64,000 bases of DNA. It comes from Fimbriosthenelais zetlandica (lineage: Eukaryota). The notes under the pieces were generated by a model, which searched no databases, had not been told where the DNA came from, and was given only the letters and a program-made list of their open reading frames with translations. Below, piece by piece: positions 25,018-35,126 of this stretch. Within the stretch, counting starts at the first letter, position 1. Every line of letters begins with the position of its first letter. Both the position numbers and the translations under genes were made by a program. Where the stretch lies: NCBI GenBank assembly GCA_977030845.1, contig OZ365112.1, positions 19,778,001-19,842,000 of the forward strand, written 5' to 3'.

Positions 25018-25256
25018 TGGAAATTTCCAGTAAAGAGTAGCACTTGATGCAGATTTTAAACTGCACGTGGCTCCTAAACTTCTTTATGTATTTATTCCTT
25101 TTTGTATAATGAATTGTTGAAAGTCCTAGCCAATAAGAATGCCCCCTTTGGAGGAGTGGCCTGTTATCGAGGGGCAGGCCGGGGTGGGGGCGGAGCATAA
25201 ATAAGGGGGAAGTCCCGACACCACGTTCTTTATCTCTGATTCAACATACTGTAAGT
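25018..25256 (+). promoter_or_regulatory. Putative promoter and short non-coding first exon of the IRF gene
   Basis: TGGAAATTTCCA (25018-29) overlapping TTCCAGTAA (25025-33), CACGTG (25064-69), CCAAT (25130-34), GGGGCGGAG (25187-95), CATAAATAA (25196-204), GGGAAGTCCC (25207-16), then donor GTAAGT at 25251. A matching acceptor ttttctatttatag ends at 28102, just upstream of ATG 28136. Confidence 0.6.
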
Positions 25257-25700
25257 TCAACCAAGCCATCATAACAATTACATTTTTCCTGTTGTTTGTC
25301 TATACCCATTCACAGTGTAATGAAACGAAATGGACAAGTAATTCACAATTAAGCTCTATAGTACTTACAAGTTAGGATATACATAGGTTCTTATTTAGGG
25401 TATATTCACATTTCGTAACTTAGGCTTATTATACCGCTGAAACAGCAGATTAGTCTTCTACGTTGTCCTCTAGTTCGGGGAAACCCCTCATAAATGATTT
25501 CTTGGAAAATGGACTATTCAGAGAAGACCTCAAGACCTAACATGTATTTTGGACTGGAGTTATGGCGGGGATAAGGGAGGTAAAAAGACATTATATCCCT
25601 ATAATTTATCCCTCATACAATACAGCTTAGAGTATGATTTTACTCTAAGAATACAGTAACATATTATAGACTCTCAACATATTCCAACAAGCATGCTGAG

Positions 25701-25765
25701 AGGCAGGCAGTCAGTCAGGCAGACAGACAGACAGACGGGCAGACAGAAAGACAGAAAGACAGGCA
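25701..25765. repeat. Imperfect (CAGA/CAGG)n microsatellite
   Basis: aggcaggcagtcagtcaggcagacagacagacagacgggcagacagaaagacagaaagacaggc. Confidence 0.85.
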
Positions 25766-26401
25766 ACCCTAATATTTATATATAGTGGCATAGCAGGAAT
25801 GTATCAATGTACATCTTTCCGCTAAACTTTAATTATTAACATACAATGATATGACCCCGATAGAATTATAAGGAGAGGCACACAATAAAAGGCGGAAGAT
25901 ACAAGTATCTACACAAGTATGACCCATATAAGAAACCTGATTCTGTCTAGACTTTGGTCATGGGAACGCGGAAGTATTTCTCGTCCAACTGGGCCTTCAT
26001 GTGTATCACTATACCCAACCTTCGTTCTTATTTTGTAGGGGGTCAATCAGCATATCATACAGCGATGATAAGGAGAGCAATTAATATATAGGACCAGGGT
26101 ATGAGTTCCTTCAAATAGATTCACCATAGAATATAGGCCTATATAAATACCATATAGACCTAATACTCTCCTGAGACGTCTGCCATTTGTAATTAAAATC
26201 ACATATAAAAAGCGGTATATTATATTTATATAGAGCATGTACTAGTAGGCGGCCTGTTTTCGTTCGGGACACGCCTATCGATTATTTCCCGCTTATGAAT
26301 GATTATTATGTCATGTTTATTCCTATCTTATCTGTTTGAAACGCTACTTCACTGATTAAAAAATATTTCAAAGAAACAATCAAAGGAAGTGGGCCAGACA
26401 G

Positions 26402-26565
26402 CAGGGGTGAATCCAGGGGTCCAGGGTGCTAGTAATTTGTTGTCACTCAAATCGGTCCATATAGTTAATTTTTCCACCACCCCCCCCCCCCCCCGGCCCC
26501 CTCCTCACATACACACATACCCGCTTACTGCCTGAGGGGTCAAGCTCACAAAAAAAACTAGCACC
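26402..26565. mobile_element. Possible MITE/non-autonomous DNA transposon fragment
   Basis: Begins CAGGGGTGAATCCAGG, resembling the CAGGGGCGGATCCAGG-type ends of invertebrate MITEs; internal inverted repeat GGTGCTAGT (26425-33) / ACTAGCACC (26557-65) flanks a C15 run. No TSD found. Confidence 0.25.
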
Positions 26566-28135
26566 AAAAGGTTATGTACATGTACACAGGCCTAATATGC
26601 CCGAACATACAAATAACTTTTCTCTTTTTTTAGTTGAATCTTGTTCAATTGCACAATGGTTAAAAACAATACGGCAGCACAACCCTCACTCCATCACATG
26701 TATACACTTCTGGTTATTCCTCTAAAACACCTTAACAATGACATCATCGGGGATTCACCACACGGGGATCCCCATTCCTCTATGCTCCAAAATGATCCAA
26801 AATGTGGGTCATATATATAGCAAAGAAAACACATGAAAACCCATGATGAGCTTTATGCCAAGAGTTTTCAGATCCTACATGAACTATTTTATTACAGATT
26901 ATATATGATACCCTTGTGATACCCATCCCCTAGTCGTTTTGGTCTGTTTCTCTGAGAGCGCTCTGTTCTAAAAATAGCTCTTTCCCGATGGTAGACCAGC
27001 CTGGAGATTTCCTGAAACATGGACCAAGCATGCTATATACCACTATACACATAAGTTTATTCTCCAATCGTACCATGATCACTGTCGAGTTAGGATCGAA
27101 CGTACAAAACTCCAGCCACACTTGAAATCCAAACACATCAGTACGGAGGGGTAAGTTGATTTACCAAATTTATTAGGCCAAAAGGTCGTCTGGTCCCTGA
27201 AGTAAATACTCCCATACTAACACCAGTGGGAGTCCTATATGCTATGTGATCTAACACAGGCTTTGGGTGGTAGTGTACATTATGCGGACCTGTTAGATCT
27301 ACTATAACAGAAAGAAAATGGGCGGTAGACGCTCGTGTAGAACTACCCGCTGCTTAAGATGTTTTGTCTTTTTGTGTAATATTATAGGCTACCGTACTTG
27401 ATTCGTAAAAGAATATCATAAAGAATTAAGCATTTTTGATTTATTTAGGATGTTGTCTCGTCAATTGTTCTTGATTATAGATACTATTTTAATTATACTT
27501 TTAGCTCATTGGGTCAAGTCGTTCAAAATGACCTCGGATAATAATTTTGCAAAATATTCAATAGTTTTTATTGTCCATGCCTAAATTTTGTCTGGGTCTA
27601 ACCCTTTGGGATATACGAATTGCACATGATGCGCTGATTTAATTTCCTATTGCATTGACATCATTATACCAGTCGTACGACCTTTTACAAGAAAGGCTTC
27701 AGTACTATTCTAAAGTTTTCTTCTCAATTCATGACACCATGGCCATATTATTGTTCATTGGAGCTATTTCCTTTCCCCCACGGGATTCAGTAATCTTTCA
27801 AAACAATGTCTTACCCACAGGTGCACGCATCACAGATGCCGAGAAAAGTCGCTGTTACTGTTTCATCTGAACTTTTTTAAATTGAAAGAATTTTGTTGAT
27901 GCTCCAAAAGTTAGCGAAGATATTGTCTTTCATAGTTGCACACCGGTAAAATATTTGTACATGTTGCAACTTGCAACTTGGTTGTCGGCAGCAAGGTCAA
28001 TTCATCTCTCCATATCGTGTGTTCCATCATCTTCTTGCATATTAATAATTTAACATTCTTAAGTTTAAGAAGCTGATATGTTCTTGGGTTTTCTATTTAT
28101 AGAAATACCTCGACCTATACACACATTGCGGTATA

Positions 28136-28262
28136 ATGGCTGAAGCCATAATGAACGTGGAGGGTGCACAGCCGTTGGTCTCGCCCGGTACCAAACCAAC
28201 ACCAAGCAGACAAGCGTCTTCCTCATCTTCCAAAAGACAGACTCTCTCAAAGATCAATTCCA
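28136..28262 (+). CDS. IRF1/2: IRF coding exon 1 (N-terminal extension)
   Basis: ATAATGG start, [10 protein letters not shown]...LSKINS, donor A|GTGAGT; phase 1 fits the next exon. Confidence 0.75.
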
Positions 28263-31200
28263 GTGAGTGTTTTGGACCTCACATTCATAACAAAATAAAA
28301 TGTTATAAAATGTTCCAAGTCGAACAAAGTAGAGTTGTCAGTTGTTGAAGAATAAAATGACATTATTTTGAAAAGTAAAACGCATTATTTTGTAGGAGGA
28401 ACAACGCATCCGTGGCAGGGTATCCGGCCAGTGGAGCGGCAGTTGATGCGACCATGGCTCATTGATCAGATCAACGGCGGCCAGATCCCTGGCCTGGAAT
28501 GGACAGACGCACATAATAAAACTAGCTTTAAAATACCATGGAAACATGGCTCCCGACAAGGATGGAATCATGATACTGACGCCTGTCTCTTCCTACGGTG
28601 GGCTCAACACACAGGTGAGTGATGGCTCCAATCGAACCTTCACAGTCATTTTTCCATTATAACCCATCCTGCCCTCTGACTAAAAAACATACTAAACATG
28701 TCATTGTATACTATCACTTTGTAGGGCGTTATCGAGCGGGGGAGCAGCCAGATCCCAAAAGATGGAAAGCTAACTTTAGGTGCGCCATAAACTCCCGGCC
28801 TGACATCCAAGAGGTAAAAGGCTCGAGTCAGACCCGCGGACAGAACGCCTTCAGAGTCTACAGGTTCCTTCCAGAGAAAGTACGATCAGGAGGACAAGGT
28901 ATTGTGAACAGATTGCCTACATAAATACAAAATACTTCTTTTGATTTTTAATAAATAAATTCGGAAGACCTTATATAAAATGATATTAAAGAGGTAGTGT
29001 TATTATTTTCCAGTGCGCACAACAAAACGCTTGCCGAAGAAACTCCAGGTTCAAAGTCTGGGCCAACAGATGGACCGACCACGTCCCGTGGACTCACCTG
29101 ATTCCTCATCTTCATCAGTTTCTTCTCTCTCCACTTCCTCTGAATCACCTATGGTCAGTTCCCTTGCGGGATCATATCTAGAATAGGTATTAACGTATGA
29201 ATTTAACCCCTGTATAGAAGGCTGTGCTATTGTGCCTGTTTGGTTTCACATGATTGCTCCAGCTATTTAGCTGACATAAGATTTTTTTACGATTAACTAA
29301 ACTAATTTTGAAAGTACATTTTCTAATTCTTCAATGCTATTTTTCCAATTTTATTTAAGACTTAAATATTGTGAAACTAGTTTCGCTTGTGTATTATACA
29401 GAAAGCTGTAAAAGAAGATTGTGACTATGAACACTGTAATTGTAATTAAGAAATAATAAATCCATATTGGTTCTCCTCTGTCTTCAACTGCATTGCGGGT
29501 CAACTGTTTTCACCTTTCTCTTTTCGTTGTTTGAATAACCTCAACATTGTAAATGTATTTGTCAATGTCTATAATATCTTCTTTTTCTTCAGCAATCACC
29601 GATGCCTGGTTCACCGGACTCGGGCATCTTTTCCTCGGCAGATGAGACAAATGGCCTTCCGTCTCCCGGTCTGTCTGATAGCTACGTTCTACCTGCGCCG
29701 GCTAAGGGACGCCAGGTTTATCCTCATGCCCTCAACTCGCCAACCTCATCATTGACTTCCTTCAACAATCACGTGCTTGCCACTTCACACTTCACTTCTG
29801 CTAATTCCAGAAGACTAATTGGTGAGTTCATTTTCCTATTTGCTTTTGAAAGGAGGAGAACTAGTGCATTCAGTCTAAGTTGATCCGAAAGCAACGTACT
29901 TATTGTACTGTGGCTTCGGATCAACTTAGACTGAACAAATTGTATCATTATAAGTTCCCCAAAGTCTTATTCGACCCTTTCGACAGTTCCCTTCAAACCC
30001 TCCTCCTTAATTCGGCCCTTTCTATAGCTATCTCCCTCCCCACTCCCCGGGAGGCTGTCAGGGTGTGCCACCCAGGAGTCTAAATGTTGACCGAAGATTA
30101 TATCACAACTTGCATGGCTTGTTATTACACTCCCAACACGCTGAACAGTATTGAAACGAGGGAAGATTATTGGACATATTTCAGGTAGAAGTTGTGATAT
30201 AAATATGGAATACAACTCGACATTGATCTGCTGGAGCAGATGTGTCGCACTCGGGGCTATCTGCATGTTTTCACCCCTTGTGAGACCCATCTGCTCTCAT
30301 GTAGATCAACGTCTCGTTGTATTCCATAAAAGTATACCTCTTGGAGGGGTAAAATACTACCCCCAAAAATATACCAAACATACAATGTAACACCCATGTC
30401 TATACACATTACACATCTCCGCATCCAATTATACTTTTATTGGAGAGCCGTGGCTCGGTTTCCCAACAGCTAAGAGGCGATCAAAGGTAAAAAAAAAAAA
30501 AAAGAAGTTAATTAACACTTGTGTAAGAGGCAGTATACATTTTGACCCATGTCTATACCTCGTCCGCCCAAGATGGCGTTTTATAAGGGTTCAAGGATAT
30601 ACCAGAGGGTTGAAAAAGGCCACCGAAAAGGGAGGCACGTCCCAAGTGACCATCATAGAGGGAGAGCCCACCTCATCCCTGCGCCTGTGCACCTCTTCCC
30701 CACAATCTCCTCTCTAACCCGGCCCTTTTTACAACTATCTCCCTCTTCCTTCATTATTTCATTATCCCAGGCCGATTTTCACAATCTTCGGGCCAACTGA
30801 CGAACCTCAAGTACACATTTAGAAGCACAAATTGTGGGTATAAAGCTTTTAGTCGAAATGGGGAACTCCCCAACACCATACAAAAGTCAAAATGATGGGA
30901 TAGATTGATGTTTTGTTTTTGGGGGGGGGGGTGTGACCTTTTCGTTCTTATTTTTTCTTTTAATTCCTTTTTTAACGGAAGCCTTTTCACATCCTGGACC
31001 TGTGTAGTATTTCCTAATTATTGTATGTATATTTGTGTGAGATCAATGGAGGTGGGGGCATTCGGAATGTATGAGGTAATCCCCAGCCTCGGCTGGATCG
31101 GGAAATGCTTACTCCAAGGGAGTTCTCCATTGGTTGCCGGGTCCTGTCCCGCATGGATATCAACCACCGGGAAGGACATGGCTGAGTAACAATGCTGTAA

Positions 31201-33828
31201 ACACAATTAACTTTACACGGTGTATATTTTAATGAACTTTTTTAACTTACTTCATGTAAGACGCAAGAAAACTAATTACAGTAGGCCTATTTCACATATT
31301 AAATGTTCTTTTCCCGGACTTAACTCGGGCTAGGATAGAAAAGGTATATTTGTCATGTTAAATCTATGGCTAATATTCTTAACATTCGCAAAATGTCATA
31401 AATCAGGTAGTTTCTGAAATTACTATGCACTGAGACTTCCTCATTCAGTGGGCATTTTACCAACGTATGATCTACATTTGCTTGTCGCGATTTGTAATTT
31501 TTGCATGAGTTCTTACTGAACTTACAAGTACGACCTTACATTGAACTAATACAACCTCATAGAACCCGCCAAGCCTTCTCTATATCAAGTATTAGACAAT
31601 TAAGTTAACCTATATATAAGACTTTTTTTCTTTTGGTTGGATACTTATGAGGGAAATTATTTATATTTTGCAGGCTCAATTAATGACGAAAGCCTCTTGG
31701 AATCCCCCTTTGAGTGGAAACCAACTAATTATCCCAACCTTTTCTCCGAGGGCGACTACATCGAGCTTTCACCTGTCCACAGACCAACATCTCTTGTCCC
31801 CATATCCCCGTTTTCCCTCCATTCTCACGATGTTGCTTCCTCAAACGTCGATCCCTGTTGCCCTGTGACTTTCAACTCACTGGGGTCGAATTTTCCTCCA
31901 TCTTCCGCCAGCAAAACCCCAACAAGTGGCAGTCAATACTTGCAATGGCTGGAGACTGATGATCTGCCACAGAAAGACATGATCCCTGTAAACACGTCCG
32001 CTACGGGCCATGTGACGTCCAATCATCCAAATCTGCAAGTCTCGCTGGATCTCGACGTGATCTCATGCCTTGAGACTGATTCTGGTTTGGGCTCACCAGC
32101 ACGAAGCCAATCATTTTTCGGTAAATGCTCTTATTTTTTGTCTCCTTCTGAAATTTCTGAAACAATCTGTGGATTGACAATATTTCGATCAGATAATGAT
32201 TACTACCATATATGTTGGAGCTAAGTGATGTTTTGTTTGTAATTCAGATGATAATAGTGATGTCGATAGTGACGATTCGATGGAACTTAACATTGTCTTT
32301 CCAGAGGTAGGTTCTATCTCTAATATTTGTTATTCAAACATCATATATAATTCTAATGCATAATGTATGCATAATTATACATGTATTATGTGCCTGCCAG
32401 TCATTCCACGAATGCCTTCAAAAGTACTAGTGTAAACAATGTTATTGATATTTTATCTGATGACAATATCTAATCAGGGTGTATTTAAGATTAAGTTTTA
32501 ATCTGTTTATTTCTCGATTTCTGAAGGTTCTAGTATACCAATCGTATCAATCTTCCCCATATAAATATCAAACATACAAACTTTTCTGTATTACAACGAA
32601 TATGGCTGGAATAATTAATTGAGATAAACTTTGTAATTAATTAGTTATAAATCCTTATCAGTTGCCAAATATACATGCCAGCTCCCTCACCTGGTCCACG
32701 GTTTCTGGAGAATGATATACTACACTATAGCCCATAGACTTCCTACTGGCTATTGGCTTCTTTTTTACTTCTTTTTAATGAAACGGGCCTACTTGTGTGA
32801 GCTTGATAAGATCGTACCTATTATAGATTAGCCTGCCATAGGTATGATTATCGATTAGGATCGCGTTCAAAAGTGTGGCTCTTATCGAGGTTAAAGAGTT
32901 TCTGGGATATCTCGGGGTGGCCAGTACAAAAGCAGGTTCGGATTATACTCATGTACTCGGCGCCCATCCCATTTTTCACTCATGGGTCCAGGGACTTGTT
33001 TTCGAACGCCAGCAAGAAGAAATGCCACATTTGCTGCTACATATTAATTAACTTTATCCCTTTACCAAACAGTTTATTGATTGAAATTCTCGTATATCTC
33101 CTTGGCCAACATTTTACACGTCTTTATGAAACGGACCCAGGTGTGCAACGTGTTGAAGCCTGGGCAAAGGTATGCCTACACTGAGTGTCAGATGTCGCTT
33201 ATAAAGAGACCATAGCGCTATCTCGGACTTGATTCCCTAATGCAATAAGGCGTAATAAAATGGACAAATTTCTGTTTAACTTAAAATCTTTTATGCGCCA
33301 ACAGGACTCTATGCCGAATAACTTTACTTATGCAAAGGTATTTTTTTTCTTTAACTAGCTGATGAAGTCCCTGGTCGCGGAGTCTACGCCCTCTTCTCCG
33401 TCCTCATCAACAGAGCATATTCCAGGACCAGTTACTGGATTACCAGCTGTGTCATTAGGTGGTAAGTGTCTGTCAAAAACACCTCATTGATCCGTGTTCT
33501 TAAGTGACGTACAACGAGTGATTTTGTCATCCAATCTTCAATCTGATCTTCTCTTTCAGGCCAGAAACATTCGGGCGACTGTTTGCCTGCTTTTCACACT
33601 TTCCGTGCAGCAGACGTCAGTGACAGTCGCCTGCTGAACCAAGACAACTGCTACATGGAGGTAACTGAGAGTAAAGATTTCCTTGATATCGATGTAGACA
33701 TTGTTGTCAAGACACTCAATGGCCATACTGGGGCTTCTGTCACCATGGACGCCTCTGTCAACCCAATCTATCGACATACTACCAATTCGTCATTGATGAA
33801 TGGTGGAGAAGTAGTAATTCAACAATAG
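28136..33828 (+). CDS. IRF1/2: Interferon regulatory factor, IRF1/IRF2-like, spliced CDS join(28136..28262, 28396..28614, 28725..28898, 29014..29153, 29593..29821, 31674..32120, 32248..32306, 33359..33461, 33560..33828), 588 aa
   Basis: Exons sum to 1767 nt; phases 1,1,1,0,1,1,0,1 are consistent; all junctions GT-AG. The Trp-repeat DNA-binding domain [12 protein letters not shown]...IPGLEW...[12 protein letters not shown]...[15 protein letters not shown]...[24 protein letters not shown]...[10 protein letters not shown] closely follows IRF1/IRF2. No IAD1/SMAD-like C-terminal domain is recognisable. Confidence 0.93.
28396..28614 (+). CDS. IRF1/2: IRF coding exon 2 (DBD, Trp repeats)
   Basis: Acceptor tattttgtag|GA, donor G|GTGAGT. 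Confidence 0.95.
28725..28898 (+). CDS. IRF1/2: IRF coding exon 3 (DBD recognition helix)
   Basis: Acceptor cactttgtag|GG; [11 protein letters not shown]...[10 protein letters not shown]; donor G|GTATTG. Confidence 0.93.
29014..29153 (+). CDS. IRF1/2: IRF coding exon 4 (basic NLS-like KRLPKK, Ser-rich)
   Basis: Acceptor tattttccag|TG, donor ATG|GTCAGT; bridges phase 1 to phase 0. Confidence 0.8.
29593..29821 (+). CDS. IRF1/2: IRF coding exon 5 (Ser/Pro-rich, DSGIFS)
   Basis: Acceptor ctttttcttcag|CAA, donor G|GTGAGT. Confidence 0.82.
31674..32120 (+). CDS. IRF1/2: IRF coding exon 6 (DSGLGS)
   Basis: Acceptor tattttgcag|GC, 149-codon open frame, donor G|GTAAAT. Confidence 0.85.
32248..32306 (+). 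CDS. IRF1/2: IRF coding exon 7 (acidic)
   Basis: Acceptor tttgtaattcag|AT, donor GAG|GTAGGT; [20 protein letters not shown]. Confidence 0.75.
33359..33461 (+). CDS. IRF1/2: IRF coding exon 8
   Basis: Acceptor ttttctttaactag|CTG, donor G|GTAAGT; phase 0 to 1. Confidence 0.78.
33560..33828 (+). CDS. IRF1/2: IRF last coding exon
   Basis: Acceptor cttctctttcag|GC, in frame with the ORF ending ...GEVVIQQ* (TAG 33826-28). Confidence 0.82.
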
Positions 33829-34836
33829 TGACAGTACAGAGATGACTTTCATATTTTGTTGAAAAGGTATATAGGCTAGCAGAATCACCAAAGATCTTTA
33901 GGGTGCCTTCTTTTTGCAGTAATGAAGTGCTCCTCATTAAAAGCAATTGCACAAATCAGCCTTGTGTGACCATGTATAATATGATTTTCTCAGATGAACA
34001 CAAAGACAGTGGCAGTGCAGCTTCATTTCGGGACAGTTTGTATACATTACCCCAACATAAATTTGAGCAGCTATATTTTACAAAATCCTTGAAAGATTTG
34101 ATGCCATGCATTTCAAAGTTTGTGTCATACTATAACACATGCAAATAATGTCTGAATATATGTGTGGATTTTTATCAAACATGTTATCAAATAATCTCTT
34201 TTGTGCATTGACACATTTCATTCATTGATATACTTTCCCGTCTTTTGCTTGTATATGTTTGTATTTTTTAATGTATATACACTTTTCCTATGACAATATT
34301 TTTATATGAAGAATATATTTGTGCTCCCGGTGGATTCATGTGAAGTGATGTTTTAACGTATAAGCGTATGTATGTGTAACGTCAGTATTGTTTATGAGGA
34401 CATATGCAAATTATATTTGTTTATGCTGAAAGATGTTCTATTGCTAACTCCAGCGGCTAATGATTGCCAAATGTGTAATTTTAGCTATTGCATTGCAGAA
34501 ATGTTCGCTTTGAAGTCATTGAAGCACATTATACTATGCCCTGATCAGTTGCCATGTAGGAATTGTTAACTCATAACTTGCAGGTTTGTCTAATTAAGAA
34601 AGAATCTGGTTGAATCATTATTTTTTAGTTCCAACATTATTGTTTTTTATTTTTCCTTGATGCTATTAGTTTGAACTCAAGCCAGGGACTATAGGATTCG
34701 AAACACCTAAAAACTATGTTATATGCTCCACTTATGCGCTTTATCATGAAAGATAATGATGATTTGTGTACATAATATATATGAGCTGTATTACCCCAAT
34801 TGTGCGTTGATTATGTTAAACAAGAGGTAGCTACAG

Positions 34837-34842
34837 AATAAA
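34837..34842 (+). terminator. Probable poly(A) signal (AATAAA) of the IRF gene
   Basis: First canonical AATAAA that I found after the IRF stop, about 1 kb downstream through AT-rich UTR-like sequence. Confidence 0.4.
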
Positions 34843-34899
34843 ATCATATAGATTTAAAATGTTTTTCAAGTTGCACTTTCTTACAATAGCCACACCGAT

Positions 34900-35126
34900 C
34901 TCAAGGTTTCCTAAGCTTGCAGCGCCGCAACAAGGGCGATTCGAGAATCAAAGTGAAATCGAAGTGAAGTCCCGTCCCCTTTCAACTCCCGGTCCCCCTA
35001 AAATCCCCCGCCTTCCCTACCCGCACTCCTCCGGCGTCGTCAAATATAGCGTTCACCCTTGTACGAACACTTAATATGATTTATGTGCACACATGTGTAC
35101 TGTTTCTTTTTGCGTTTTGAGTAAGT
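34900..35126 (+). promoter_or_regulatory. Putative SMURF promoter / non-coding first exon (CpG-rich)
   Basis: Local CpG/GC enrichment (gcgccgc, cccgtcccc, ccggcgtcg), AAAGTGAAATCGAAGTGAAGT at 34950-70 and donor GTAAGT at 35121, upstream of the SMURF ATG at 36964. Confidence 0.5.

Noticed and set aside
33073-33170. Extra IRF exon ending AAAG|GTATG
   Set aside because: The only open frame needs a phase-2 or phase-1 entry, but the preceding exon ends in phase 0.
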